This document shows positions 1 to 15,413 of a DNA stretch of 64,000 nt, piece by piece (position 1 is the first letter of the stretch; every line of letters begins with the position of its first letter). The stretch spans positions 186,001 to 250,000 of the forward strand of contig JBEWZL010000121.1 in the NCBI GenBank assembly GCA_045837725.1. The letters are read 5' to 3'. The stretch comes from Vermamoeba vermiformis (lineage: Eukaryota). The notes under the pieces are model-generated. The model was not told the origin of the DNA. It worked only from the letters and a program-made list of their open reading frames with translations, and ran no database searches. The translations under genes were made by a program, and so were the position numbers.

Positions 1-951
1 CGATGTACCAATCAGCAGCTTGTTTAGCGTTACCGACCCAAAATGTTATGCAATCGAAGCCTAAGTATTTGTAGGGAAACTGATTTAATTCGTTAGCTAA
101 CGAATTAAAATTTTCAGACAATATTAGCCGTTAACAAAAATGTTCTGACAATGAAAGAAAATAGTATATAATATATATTATAGGGTTTAGGTGTTGATTT
201 GAAATAATAATTTTAAGTATAAATTTAGTTTGGATGTGCTTCCAAAATAGCCCGTAAAGCAGAGAATCACTCTCTACGTTGAATTAATATCCAGCCATTA
301 TATAATGACGTCGAATCGCATCATAAGCATTGCGATTGTACTTACTGAATCAGCCTCCTAATAAGAAACAACAATTAGTTCCAGAGCGTTACTGTATAAT
401 TACTGCGTACCATGACTATAAATTAATCTAATTTGTGTATTTCCTCGCAAGTTGCTGGCTAAAGTATTTCTTTAAAAATATCGATGAACAAGAACTATTA
501 GCTGCGGCTTTCAATGAAAAATCATTTCAGTTATTTTTCGCAGTACATTTGGCAATCTGCTCTTAAATTAGCTCAATTAATATCGGAAATGATGCTATGC
601 TCTCTCGTTGATTTCTGTCCTAGATAGGGGTTCGTTTTGTGTTCTCTCTCTGGCTCCCTTTATTTTATGTCGTTGAATACCATTATATGAAATTAGTCTT
701 AATGACTTGCCTTCCTCGGCAGTTGACTCAAAAAAAACTGACACAAAATGTTTCTGGTGATAGAATTGACTCGTTTGCTTCCTGTAATCAAACAACATGC
801 AGCACTAGGATCAGGAACAGTTAGCGACTAATGAGTGGTGCGACTCGTCGCGACATCATGAGTATTTATGAAATTTCAAAGGACACTGTTTGGCACACAA
901 CGCGTGAATCATTTTCTTGAAAGAACACAATAGACATACACAAATAGTATT

Positions 952-2376
952 ATGGCTAGTTTAAGTAGGCATATTTTTCGTGTGAAACGGAAAGCAAGAG
1001 GACTTTTATCGAACGTTAATAAAAGGATTGGATGTTGTTATTCGACACTGGTTCCGAAAGTAGATCCAGTTGAGCAACATACTATAGATGAATTAGCACG
1101 ATTTATTAACGACAAGAAACGACTATTAGTCATTACTGGAGCCGGATGCAGGTAAAAAATACAAAAAAAGGATAAATAAGACTAATTAATTGCTAATAAT
1201 TATTGTATTATTTTTACATAATACACGTGTAATTTTTACGATTAATTCCCCGAGTATTTAATTATTTTTAACGGTTAGTACCGAATCTGGCATTCCTGAC
1301 TACCGCGGACCAAACGGCAGTTATTCAAAGGGCCACAAGCCTGTACAATACGGCGACTTTGTAAAGAATTATGCGACTAGACAACGTTATTGGGCCCGCA
1401 ATATGCTTGGCTGGCACTTTTTCAAATCACTCAAACCGAACAGAGCTCACGCGGCTTTATCGGAATTAGAAAAAATGAACAAATTGAACTATTTAATTAC
1501 GCAGGTACGTTTATAATAATGTTGCAATATTATCACTCTACATTTCGCTCAAATTATAAAATTTCCTAATTTGGCCAAAACACTAACTTTTTCGCATTGA
1601 ATTGCAGAATGTCGATAATCTGCATCAAAAAGCAGGCAATACTAAAGTACTAGAGCTCCATGGCTCCAATTACCACGTGGTTTGCATCTCCTGTCAAGCC
1701 ACCGAACCGCGTGCCAATTACCAAGAAAGGCTGTTGCAAGCGAATCCGAAATTCTTTTCAGAAGAAGTTTTAAGTAAGGCGATTAAGCGCTAATATACTA
1801 TAATAGTATAGTGTAGTAATATTATCGGATAATAGCACGTGTGGATGATGATCGAGCAAGTCGACCGGATGGAGATGCAGAATTGATCGTTGATTACGCC
1901 AAATTCAATACACCTCCCTGCTTAAAATGCGGCGGTGTCGTTAAGCCAGGTACACTACAGTTCTTTTATATAATATGCAAGCTGAACATTAGTGCTAAAC
2001 CTTGAACTTTTAGGTGTCGTAATGTTCGGCGAGAATTTGCCTCCCGATGTAACAGCGCACTCTAAAAAGCTTGCAGATCACGTAAGTATTATTTTTAATA
2101 TTATTGCATATATTTGGCGACGTTAAAGTATTATTTTGGTTCGGATCTGATTTTTGTTTCTTTAGTGCGATGGTCTATTGGTAATAGGAACATCGCTCAG
2201 TACATTTTCAGCGTACCGATTAGTGTCTGCAAGCGAATGAAAATTTCTCGGAAGTCGCCATGGTGAATGTTGGCCCGTCAAGAGCAGATCCGATGCTGCG
2301 ATTGAAAATTGAGGGCGTTATTGGCGATGTGTTGAGCCAAGCTGTAAATAGGCTGAAAGATGAGCAGTATAATTAA
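952..2376 (+). CDS. SIRT4: NAD-dependent deacylase, sirtuin class II (SIRT4-like), multi-exon; one apparent +1 frameshift near 2231
   Basis: Spliced translation gives [54 protein letters not shown], CISC...CLKC zinc ribbon, VKPGVVMFGE, LVIGTSL, VNVGPSRAD. The basic N-terminus resembles a mitochondrial presequence. Confidence 0.9.
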
Positions 2377-2789
2377 ATGGCCATGCAATAGCAAGATACA
2401 TTTGCGTGTTTTGGATGCAGAGTTGAAAAAAAGAACACATGACGTCTCATAGTAACAAAGCACCACAACTCTGAAGATTAAATGGAATACATACCACCTG
2501 AATTGTTTGACTGCATATTTAGCTTTATTGACGACTTTGGAATATTGCTCAGGTAAAGAAAACAAGATCAAATTCAAAAAAAAAAAAAAAAGTTAAATAA
2601 TTCTAATTGCAGTAGAATATTAATACAATATTATTTATAATTAGGTACGCTTCGGTGCACATAATTAACAATCATTTTGTAGAGTGTCGCGCACGTGTCA
2701 TTCGTGGTGAGATTTTGCCCGTCGTCGAGCAAGGGTTTTAAGCACGAAAAAAGGAAAAGGCAATAAACAGCGGCAACGGCAATCATGTG

Positions 2790-3780
2790 ATATTCAAACA
2801 CACGCCTTTGTTTCATAAGCAGAGATTTATCTGGTGCGAACTTGTTGATCTCCTTTCCAACATCCCCTCGCTCCATTTAGAAGTCGCTTATAGAATACAT
2901 CTCGAAACAAAGAACTACTTATTATTGCCGATTTTGCGGGATTAGTTGCACTTGCGACGGGACCTCATTTTCAAGAACCAGCAATTCACTAGCCATCTTA
3001 CTAATATGCAATCGCTTTCTGGACGTATTTAAAGAAATTACAGTATACCATTACGATTGAGTCTCGGTGGGTGTTTTTCGGAAGTAAATAATACGACAGC
3101 GTTTTTGTTCTACGACCCAATTTAAAAGATTAACTGCAATATGAACGAGCGAGCGATCCGTCGTTGACAAATTGCATAATTGCTACAATATCCGTTAGCC
3201 ACCAGCCTTCAAGATTAGTACTGCATGACTACAAAGCACCTGCAGAAGATTTATAGCGCATTGTCGATTCAAGAGGCTAAGTCAATTGACGCGGTTGAGC
3301 ATTGCCTCAATTTCAACAAAAGGCTTTGAAATGTTTATGAGTATGACGAATATACGGCATCTTTCGCTCGGAGGATATCCAGAATATCAATATCACCCTT
3401 CATTATGCGCATCAACAAGGCTTACTCAACTCCGACGATTAACGTTGCGCCACGAACTCAAAAACGCATCCGAAATTTTTGCTTATTCACTGCCGAACCT
3501 GGAGCACTTATCGATCAATGGCTATTACCTTCATGAAGACAATTTTCCCGCGCAAATGAATCTTACTGCACTGACGCGATTGGATCTAGTTGACAACAGA
3601 CTTACAGGCAACCCTCTTGAAATGCTGCAGAATATAACCAGCCTAACGATAAATTTCTTGCCTAGACACAGTGCAGTTGATGATTGACAACACCGACTTT
3701 ACCATTGATAGTCCAGTACGTACCAACCACGATCCCCCTGTGGCTCGAGAGGATTTCAACCGTATAATTACTTCCGACTA
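2790..3780 (+). pseudogene. Decayed leucine-rich-repeat gene
   Basis: ORF 3286-3687 has LxxLxL repeats (LTRLSI, IRHLSLGG, LRRLTL, LEHLSING, LTRLDL). Similar repeats upstream and downstream are broken by stops and frame changes. Confidence 0.5.
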
Positions 3781-3889
3781 ACTAAGCACCTTAGCACGTC
3801 GCCAATGGCAGTACGCATCGGAATTAGTAAAACATGTTTTTAATACAATACTTATTGTAACGACAGCGCTTGACGCCAAAAACGCTCGA

Positions 3890-6300
3890 TCAAGGATTGA
3901 ACTTTTTCTCGATTTCTTCGCGCACCAGTTGCTCATGTTCTTTGTTTGCAAGACTACATGATAATATGTTAGTATTAATTGATTCATTAGCCATTCTCTA
4001 AGCGTACGCTAACACATCTCTCAGCTTCTTTCTGATTTCATCCACCAGATCCGAAGTAGGCTCTATAATATTTCTCATTTCATTTGTACTCTTAGGCTTC
4101 GCTCTGAATCGTTCCATCAGGTTGTTCCCTAAGAAAAATTGAGAAAGTTAAATTCTGTGAGCGGCATTAAATTAATTTCCATATTTACTAGATTTCCTTC
4201 TGTATTAATTAAATTTTTTTATTAACAATTTTTATTTCGGATCCGAAGTGTTGTCGTGACTTACAAATATTTTTCTCGGCCTCAGCGAATGAGACTAGCG
4301 ATTCATCCTTAAATAATCTACTATAGGCGTCATTGCCAAGAAGGCACTGGATTCCAGCTTGCCTTAGCACGATTACTTCGACGGATTGAGGAAGGGCAAA
4401 GTGCTGGGTCACGTGACTAATGCGATAACAGACCTCGGACTTTTCACTCCGCGAAATTGTTTGAGCGAGCTTTTAATTTGCCAGTGATTTGCAGCAACAT
4501 AGACCAAAGTTATTGTCGCCTCGTTATCACCGGTCCACGTAAATTTACCGTCCTACAAATGTTTGAGTGCTTGGCAGATAGATCGATGAATGATAAACTT
4601 ACCTTAAATTTAATAAAAGGACATTTTCCAATCTCTTTTTTCATTTGTTGGATTGATAAGTCTTGAATACCGCTCTTAACTTGAAAACACAGGATATTCC
4701 TCGTGCCATCGTTCTTGCGAAACACCACCAAGTAATCTGGACCTTTTGACTTTTCGAGCGGATATAATCCTTGATTCGGAGGCACCTCCTGCAGAAGTGT
4801 AGCCCAGCATTGACTTCGACATTGTTTTTTTGACCGGAAACATTGTATTTCCCGATTCGAGCCAAGTGCGCATGTCCTCGATGCTAATTTCAGTCTTGGA
4901 GCTTTTGGTGACTTTAGGAATCACTAACGGCACTCGCGAGATGCAGCTCTGATGCTCGGCAATGAATGATTTTGCCAAGAATGGCCACCTCTGGCCCATG
5001 TTTTCTCCCAATGTGCCGTCGTCAGCCATGACGCGAATGATAGCCCGTTCAGCTTCTTGCCACAGCTGCTGATGGGCTTGAATCACCTCGAAAGAGCTAA
5101 ATGCTGGAAAGTCTTGCTCAAAGGCCTTCGTCAGTAGCGGAAGTGCCTTGATCACGTATGGTTCGTTGTTGCGAACAGGCACTTGGGCACCTTTCAGTGG
5201 GGACTTTAACAAGTGATACGTCATAATTAGAATACGCAGTATTAGTGGTAGGTGAATCATACTTACATCAGTGAGTCCAATTTTGGTCGATGTGTCATAG
5301 TCCTCGTCCTGCACTGAGGTATCATCTTCCGGTGTTGAAGGGCTACTTTCTTCTGAACTCTCTTTTGACGACCCACCGCTGCTATCAGAATACTGAAGTA
5401 CCCGACGAAGAGCCACTGCGACTATTATCATCTTCTGAGCTTTCTATGGAAGAACTGTATCGGGTCAATTGGGCCGTAAGAACATTGAAACCAAGTGTGG
5501 CAGCGGTATTAAGTATTGACATTTGCGAATTAAGTGTGATTGCCATATTTGGATAAAGCTGCCGACCGAGCCTTGCGTACAAGAATAGATGCATATAGAG
5601 CGGGGCGATGTTTGAAAATTCGGGCCGGCGCCACAATGCAAATTCCCGTAAAACCATTTCATCGCGCACTTCGACTCTAGGCGTTATTTTGTTCAGCATT
5701 GGAATTCCCAATGAAACGAAGATTCCTTTCACGTAGTTATTGTTAGGTCTGTGAATCGTGTTAGATCTTGTAACGGATTAATAATAATCGAAATTTTCTT
5801 GCCTTGTTGAATCTGCTTCGCTGAGTAGCGGAAATACGACCTGTCGCACTCTAATTGCAAGTCTCTTTTCTATTGAAGCGATTTGAAAAGCAAAGAGTGG
5901 TTCAGCCATTACTATAAGACACTGCGTCTTAATTGACGCTAGAAGAGTCTTCAAAATGACGCTGTCACTGGGTGATTGTTTCGTACGAAATATTACGATG
6001 GACTTCGACGCTTGAGTAGTGCTATTGATGGCCGCTTCATCTGATTCGTCCGTAACGATGATCACGTTCTGCTGGTAGTCAGAAAATTCAGCAATAAATT
6101 TGTTGAACTTGGCGCGAGTCTGGGGAGCCAATCTGCCATCGAAATCGTCTTCACATGCTGTAAATGGAAGCGTGCAGACATATTTCATGTAATCAGTAGT
6201 TAATCCTGGCTGAAATGAAAACGCAATTCGCGGGCTGTAGTTCGGTTTCAGAAGTTCGAGCGTGGTGCTTGCCCCAAACACTTAGTAGATCAAGCAGGGC
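3890..6300 (-). pseudogene. Crinkler-like NTPase + PD-(D/E)xK (REase) protein, disrupted
   Basis: Walker-B-like VIIVTDE (ORF 5778-6281); in-frame TAA at 5778-5780; frameshifts near 5395 and 4790; nuclease-like motif GPDYLVV...ILCFQVKSG; tail LPQSVEVIVLRQAGIQCLLG; two spliced 3' exons ending EEIEKKFNP* at 3890. Confidence 0.55.
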
Positions 6301-7062
6301 ATTTAACGTGTAATCTATTTTCTTTTTGCTTTTCTTTACGGCTTTTCTCATCCCTAGCTGTGTGTTTAGTATTTTTCCGAATTGGATCGCTGCAAATTAA
6401 AGAAACGATCGGTATCGGCAACCAAAAATAATTTTAGAGGGCTTATATTGCTATAAGCGACAGGGGTAATTGATTTGTACTTCAAACTTACAGTTCAGAA
6501 AGCAAATTAAAATACATATTCCAGATCTTAATAATTCTCTTCAGATCCGACTGCTATTTGTTTTACCCGATGTCCCTTCTGGCAGAGGAGCAAATCTAAC
6601 CTTAAGTCCCTTTTTCTTTTTTTTAATGGGGTGCGAATATGCTGTGCTCGCTGGTTTTGTGGTAAAAATTGTTGTTTTTTTTTTTTTTTTTTTTTTTTCT
6701 TATTGCTCCAGGTACGTCCATGGCTTCTGACATGATCAAAACCAGTTATAATATTAATCCTTCGAACGGTTACCATCAAGATTGTATGCTGCTTGTGCTG
6801 CTCTATTTAAAAATTTGGAAGTTAAGTCGGACTAAACAAATGCACCAACCATGATGTAAGCATACGAGAAAAATAATGTTTTTCTTGTAATTTTGTTCGC
6901 GAATAGAACAGAACAGAATGCGATTTACTTTTGTAATTACATTAATGTTTAATTAATTAATCTAACAATAAATACGTCTACTTCGTTTACAAATCTCCGT
7001 TCTGAGATCTCGTTGCTGTACATTTTCGCAATCTATGTGCAATATTACTTGCAGATCTACAT

Positions 7063-9561
7063 TTAAAGATCGATATCTACATTCAAGTCCCCGGCAACTT
7101 CAAGCAACATTTGCTCCAAATTATCAAAATCTTTGTCCTTGAAGTCCAAAACAGACATGCGAGGGTTCGCGAACAACATCGACATGCGATCCATGCCAAT
7201 ACCCTACAAATGCACCATTATTAATCACTTGCTATTGGATATATTGTACTCGTCGGCTACTATTAATAATAGTATGATTTAACAGATACTTACACCACCT
7301 GACTTTTTCGAGAAGTCCAAAATGCTCATCCTAACACGCTCGTAGGACGAATCAATTTCTTTCAATCCCTATTGATTTACCAAAATAAGCTTAGTGTTAT
7401 AATTACAATGTATAGTAGTTCTTACCAAGTCTTTAGCCAACTTCTTGAAGTAATTATCTGCATCGAAATCATCGCCTCCAAAATCACCAAGATCCACGTC
7501 GTCAATGTTGACCTCTTTATCGTCGTCATAAGCAGCGAGATCGTTCGTCTTGTTGGCGGTAGTAGTGGCAGTAGGTGTCTTAGGCTCGGCAGAAACATTC
7601 GAGTTATTGCTGGATGGCGGAGACTCGATCTTTTTAGGAGATTCAACAGCGTTGCCATCGCTATTTACGGCAGGTGACTTCTTGAAGGTAAGAGCAGGCT
7701 TGCTAGTTCTAGGAACTGGAGGAGGTCGCTTGGCGTTAGCTGCGTTGTTAGATTCGGTACCACGAGGAGATTCGACACTAGGATCAGCGATGAGTCTTGC
7801 GGAAGATGAACTCGACAGATTAGGATTAGTAGGAGGACGGCTAGTAGCACGACCACGCGATGAAGGTGTCGGAATGGAGCCCACATCCACTGTTGGGGCA
7901 CGTGTGCGGGGTGGTGGACGAGGACGAGGTTTGACGTCTTTATAGGTCTGCATTAAGATCAAAATTATAGTAGTCCACACGTTCTCGGGGGCATTCAACA
8001 AATCTACATGAAATTATTAGTAAAACACGAGCCATTGAGCAGATCCAAGACCAAAAAGGGTAGTAGATCAAAATGAAAAAATCAATTGCAAAAAGGATTA
8101 TAGCGACGATTCGTAAAGTTCAAGAACATCGAAACTAATTTTCAAACCCTTTGAGACGCCGCATTAATTATAAATAAATAATTTTTGTGATTAAAGAGTT
8201 GCTCGATCTGTGCACGCACCTTTTCCTTCGATACCATTGATCTCAATACCAACAGTATACAAGAACTTGATCAACTGATTCAAGTTTGCGATTCTTTGAG
8301 CTTCATTAACAGGCTTAGCGTTGTATTGCGGCATACGGAGGTTCGCCAAGATCTGTCAAAAGTAATTATGGAATCATTAGCTAATCTTCTATTGATACGA
8401 ATGCGTATTGATACGATGTAACGCAACTTACTTGAACTAATCTAATCATCATGACACCATTTCTAAGGTCAGTAGTGATATTGTGGATCTCTTCCGAGAT
8501 GCAGTGTAGATGCTTGTTGACCCACGCTACACACACTTTAGAAAGCTGTCCTTGACGATCATGTTGTGCCTGGTGCTTGATATCTTCGGTAGCTACATCT
8601 GGTTTCTATAATAAAGTTAATACAGATTGGATCTTGCGTGCTCTTTACTTACGCGCACCGTGATCTCCATTTCTGATGCATTAAGTGCTTTTAAAACAAA
8701 AATCAGTACAGTGTCTCGCACATGATTTGGAGTGATTGATTATGCGCTTGATATGCTTCGTGTAATTACCTGGCTTGTTCTTCGCTGTTTGATCGATCAA
8801 ATCCGGCATATCAGCAATGCTGTCAGAACGAATAGCTCGCGGTGTGTTTCCATCCAGTGATTTGCGTGGTGGTGGCAATGGCGGAGGTGTCTTAATTGCG
8901 ACTACAGGAACTGGATTTACAACGTGCTGTTGTTGCGTTGCGGGTTGCGCGATCGTAACAGATGGCCCGTTTGATTGCTGAGTCGATGATTCCTTTACGG
9001 GCTTTTCTTTTTTAGCACATTGAATGGTCACGAGGATAAGTACAATTATTCCAAAAGCAAGAGCTACAACGGAGTAAAGTTCATTTACGCTGCTTTGTGA
9101 TCTGTAAATAATAATAAATTAATTAATACGAGCTTGAGGGTTCTCTAATAAATAAATAGCGTGAATATAATATCCAACAAATTCGGATAAATTGTTTCGA
9201 TTGTTTGCAATATTCGCGCGGGGATCAGGTGTAACGGTAACAATACTTACTCATCAAATTCGACACTCGAAAGCGCATGCCTCCTACAACGTGTGTTAGA
9301 TTGATTCGTTATTTCAGCGTAATTATTTCATCCGTTCAAATTTAATTAAAAATTCAATCGACAAAATCAAAAAGATACTCGTTTACTGCGCGGACTCGAG
9401 CAAATATAATACGACTGCAATAATACTTACCTTTCTTCAGTTGATACAATGCTATTGGATGTGTTTGAATTGTAATTGACAAGCGCAAGCAAACCAACAA
9501 TGGCTAGCAGCTGAGAAATTAATACAGCTGAAATTATTCGAATAGCGCCTCGTTGCCGCAT
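7063..9561 (-). CDS. Membrane-anchored calponin-homology (CH) domain protein with Pro-rich and acidic regions, multi-exon
   Basis: Hydrophobic segments IISAVLISQLLAIVGLLALV and VVALAFGIIVLILVTI; CH-like CVAWVNKHL...DLRNGVMMIRLVQ...RIANLNQLIKFL...DLLNAPENVWTTIILILMQTY; PPPLPPPR/PRPPPR motifs; GT-AG introns; stop after LNVDIDL. Confidence 0.75.
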
Positions 9562-10060
9562 TGTAACTCGTTCTATAATGGCCAAAAAAGACAGCAATGG
9601 GACTGTGACACAGAGAAGATTTTCTTTTGACAGGGTCAATTCTGTCAATTTTCGATACTTTCCGGCTAATAAGCTGTTGGAAATGTAATCTTGAGGTATT
9701 TAATTTTGATTGAATTGGAAATGACGTGCAATTTCCCGTCCGAATCAATCAATTGAATTCTAGACCTCCCGAAATTGTACATAGATCCCGAAATACCGAT
9801 TCAACGAAGTAAAATCAAGTAAAGACTAGTAAAGCGTATTAAGAGCATAAATGTAAAGGTCAAAGTGAGTCTTGTATGGTTTTCCTGAAGAAGCGGTTTA
9901 TGAAAATGAAAAAAAATAAACCGTCAAGTTATTCATTGAAAATTAGCGTGTTGTTCGCAATATAACCCAGCACAGCTTGATTATTGTCTTTGAATAATTT
10001 TAAAACTGCTGTAGCACACCACTACTCAACGTATAACACTTCACCAACTCAACAGTAAAG

Positions 10061-11319
<1,259 letters not shown>

Positions 11320-11970
11320 TAATGCAGTAACAAAATCCAAAACCAAGACCTTCGAATATTAATAATATGATAAGATCGTTGTCTAATCATTTAATATCAT
11401 GTAGATAGCCCAAAACATTTATTTTAATAAATCAGTTCAATTACTACAATTTTGGAAAGTTGAGCCTTTACTAGGAGCTGTTACCCTCGATAGATAGCTG
11501 GGATTGAGTGGTCCATATTCAACGAAATATGCGTTCATGAATCATGATGCATAACTTACAAGTTTGCCTCAACGAGTAAAGGTACGAACGGATCTCGCAT
11601 TTTAACTTGTTCCTAATCCTTATCGTAGGATCGATTTGTCTTTAGCATTCATATCAATCCTCAATAGTACAATAACGGCGCAATCGGAAGTTCCTTCCGA
11701 AAGCACGTGCAATACAAATTCTGTACTTGGATGAGGTCGAGTACTCCGGATCTAAATATGTGTCATTCGGATCATCTGTGGTCCTTATGGTCGTATTGGA
11801 TAGACGATATCTGCTACTGTACGGTAAGATTTTCTTATTTTCCAAAATGACGTTCGCGTCAATGTCACAGTATACTTATTTTTTTCTGAAGCTTTGATTT
11901 TTGTGAACTGGAATACTGCGTGACTATTATTTTGCAGCGATCACCATATTAACTACCACTCAATAGCTAT

Positions 11971-14900
11971 ATGTTAGCAAGGTTCATATTTATTTTGGCG
12001 TTGTTCAATGGTGCCATCCAATCACAACGTAAGTGCAACAGGCTATTTGCCGGTGGATAAATTGATAAAAGTTGATTAATATGAGCTGCGTTATAATAAT
12101 ATTCCAGCATTTAATTAACTAATATTCTCTTTAGTGGTGTTTTATACCAGGTACCCTGATCAGATGGAGCCAAGTTTCGTTGGCAGAATTAACGGAATCA
12201 CCATATCTGACACTCGAGAAGAAGGTGTTCTCTACGTAGTATATGGCGTCGGTAATGAGACAGGCATTAATACTGTAACTCAACGATTTGGTGCGACATC
12301 CGGACACCACGTCTTTCCTCCTCGTCCAACGGAGACAATATATGCACCAAACAAAATATTGCCCATGGGATCAAGTAAGTAGCAGATTCCCTGAAGCGCA
12401 TAGCTAAATTTTTTTAGGGGATGTGCACGCGGTTGTGGCATCTGGCTCTTCGCTCTTTGTTGCGAGCTTAGTGGATAATATTAATATAATATTGTCTTAC
12501 TGGCACGTGAACAGCGATTTGAAAACAAGACAGAGATGTCTATAGGCACTTACGGCGTATGGCAAGGCACCGATCCGTTGTTTCAGACTGGCAACAATTT
12601 CAAATTCGAGGGCAGCACGACTTATATCTCGTCATTAGCTCTCTCAAATTTTGAAAATCCAAAATTAGCGTTGGTCGTAGGATTTACTAGCAGCATTTTC
12701 AAAGTTCTGATTTTTTCAAACGGTAAGCTCGATCCAGAATTTCCAAACTTTACACTAATTATCTATACGATAGTATCATTGTACGACTATGACCTCGAAA
12801 GAATTATTGACGCACCTGGCAACGGATCCATGCGAGTAGGAAAGCCAGCAGTCGTGGACTATTCATTTGGCTCAACCAACACGTCGTTTCTGATGGTGTA
12901 TTCGTACTTGATCGACTCAGTTAAATGGGGCATGATAGCGATGAGACTTGCTGGCGATCAACGAGAATGGAAAACAATGAACTTGCCGTTTGAAAGTTAT
13001 AGCGAGATGGACATAAAATTGGCACCATTAACTGGCACGTACAAACTACTAACAGAGTGGTCATAATTAATCCATATTATAGGTCCCAGTAGGGTCGTGA
13101 TGACGATGAGCTACAAGAATGGCACGCACTCAGTACTCACGCAAGGTGTGTACAGAGTGGAGGACGACATAATGCGGTGGTTTGAAATCACAGCCGGGCC
13201 AGTGAACGTCAATTATTTGTTCGAGGCGAATGTGCTCAGCAACGGCGAAGCAGTTACAGTGTGGACTAATGACCAAGACCTCACGACCATCTACGGCAGA
13301 GCTATCAAATTCCCCGACACACCGTTCTACTTCACGCTCCCAGCAAGTGCTTCGACCAATGATATCACACGGCTCACAATAGCGCCTATTTCATTTGCTA
13401 CATTTGCCGTCACGCAGACAGTCTCGGGTGGTAATCCCGCGGCATTCGTGAACTTCTACGTGCTGTCCAGTTGTTCCGACAATGTAACAACTGCGAATGA
13501 GAACTGTGTCGTGGGCGAAGGTTGCCAGAACTGCATGTGCATGACTGGCTGGTATTCCATTGGTCAAGGCTACACGTGTGAAACGAGTAAGTGTCTAAGC
13601 GAGGCACGAATGACAGTCAGGACTAATTCAGTTTGTGATAGAATGTGGCGATAATATCCGTGCTGGGAACGAGTCTTGTGATAACGTGAACGACACCAAC
13701 TGCAACAATTGCACGTGCACTGAAGGCTATTCTTGGAGCACGGAAGGTAGGCTACTGAGCACACTAACTGGTCATGCTAACATTTCAAACAAAAGAACTG
13801 CTCTGTACCTTACCTGGTCTCTCGGTCACAGGACCACCAGAGCCATTCGATACGAAGCTCGTAGCAGTAATTGTGTGCGTGCCTGTTGGCGCTGGGTTGG
13901 CGATCTTCTTTGGCGTTTACTTTGGCCGCAAGAAGGCAAACGCGAACAAGAGTAAAAAAGCTTCTATCGCTGATGTTCCTCTTGATGAATCCAATCTTAG
14001 CGGAAAGGTACAGTGTTCAAGTTAAACTTGACAATGACATGATTCTGATGTTCCTATAGTACTCGGGCATTGATCCAACTAGCGCGCAGGTCTACACATC
14101 TACTCACAGCTCAGTGATGAGTCCACCAAGCAGATCAAGTGACAGGCTGCGCGTGCCATACAAAGAGATAGTCTTCCACGAGGAGATAGGTTCAGGAGCG
14201 TACGGCAAAGTGTTTGTCGGTGGTAAGTCGGAACTGTTTTCTGTATCGCATGACTAAGTTTACTGCATCAAAAAAAGAGTGGCAACGTACCAAAGTAGCT
14301 CTGAAGATCAACACATTAGCTCGAGGAGCTGAGTTTGAGCGCGAAGCTGAACTCATGGTGTAAGTCACGCTCGATCACAGTATCTTACAGTAGTGCTTAA
14401 TATTGTAATTAGTGACCTTCGACCACACCCAAACGTAGTTCAAATGCTCGGAGTGTCATCAGACGGACCATATCCAGTGATGATTCTCGAGTTCTGTGAC
14501 GGTGGAAGTCTCGACACAAAGCTGTTTGACCCGAGTGAACCTTTTCCAGTGGCAGAGCAACTCAAGACGGTGTCAGGCATTGCGAAGGGTCTTTATCACT
14601 TGCACAGGAATCAAATCGTGCATCGAGACTTGGCAGCACGAAACATCTTGCTCAACTTCAATCAACCAAAGATTTCTGACTTTGGTTTGTCTCGTCTTGT
14701 GAATGACACACAGAAAGGCACAACACGATCGAATGTTGGACCCATTCGATGGATGTCTCCTGAATCGTTGAAGAATCAGACTTATAGTACAAAGTAAGCG
14801 TTCGGCTTCAAAATTTTGAAAATCTTTTTTGACGTAACTTCTTGTAGATCCGACGTGTGGTCGTTTGGCATTGTTGTCTACGAGATTGCTGCACGCAAAG

Positions 14901-15088
14901 AGCCTCACGCAGAAGCAGATCAAATGGCAATTGGTCTTCAAATTAGAGACAGCGGAATCACTCCCAAGATACCTGAGGACTGCGATCCGTGTCTCGCTGA
15001 ATTAATGCAAAAATGCTGGCAGTTCGATCCTGAACAACGACCGACTATGGAAGAAATATGCGACATTCTTGACAACTACATGCACTAA
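11971..15088 (+). CDS. Receptor tyrosine-kinase-like protein, copy 1 (signal peptide, beta-rich ectodomain, Cys-rich repeats, TM, kinase)
   Basis: MLARFIFILALFNGAIQSQ signal peptide; CGDNIRAGNESCD repeat; TM VAVIVCVPVGAGLAIFFGVYF; GSGAYG, VALK, HRDLAARN, DFG, GPIRWMSPE, DVWSFG. Apparent frameshift near 12522-12535. Confidence 0.88.
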
Positions 15089-15413
15089 GTTTAGCAACAT
15101 GAGAAAATGGTGCGCGTCGATTGACAATTGAGAAGAAGTTTGATCCTTGATCTGCGCGAGTTTTTGGCAGGAGATCCAGCTTGTTGGTCATCTTTGTCTT
15201 ATTATAGGCCTATTTTTGATGTTTAAATTAGCACAGGAATCTACTTTGAAGGAGACATCGATAGAATTACTATTTTACCTGCAGTTAGAATTTTTAACTT
15301 AGTATAACTTCCTCGTCAGGCCGGGGGCGGACGGACCAGTTTTTTGGCTTCGATTATATCTTATTTTCTTTACTTGAGCTCGAAATAAAGCTTAATGTTT
15401 TCGACGCAAATGT

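Noticed and set aside
1-950. Short ORFs 595-798 and 639-824
   Set aside because: No recognisable motif and no consistent exon structure.
2238-2240. In-frame TGA as selenocysteine or a reassigned stop codon
   Set aside because: Homology resumes in a different frame, so this is a frameshift rather than readthrough. TAA, TAG and TGA all end genes normally elsewhere in the window.
6660-6700. Poly-T/poly-A tracts (also 2576-2591 and 16985-17050) as retroelement tails or poly-Lys/Phe ORFs
   Set aside because: No target-site duplications or RT sequence; they look like intronic or intergenic homopolymers.
11430-11850. Possible small spliced gene between Rab6 and RTK1
   Set aside because: Splice-like sites exist, but the frames contain stops and no motif is recognisable.
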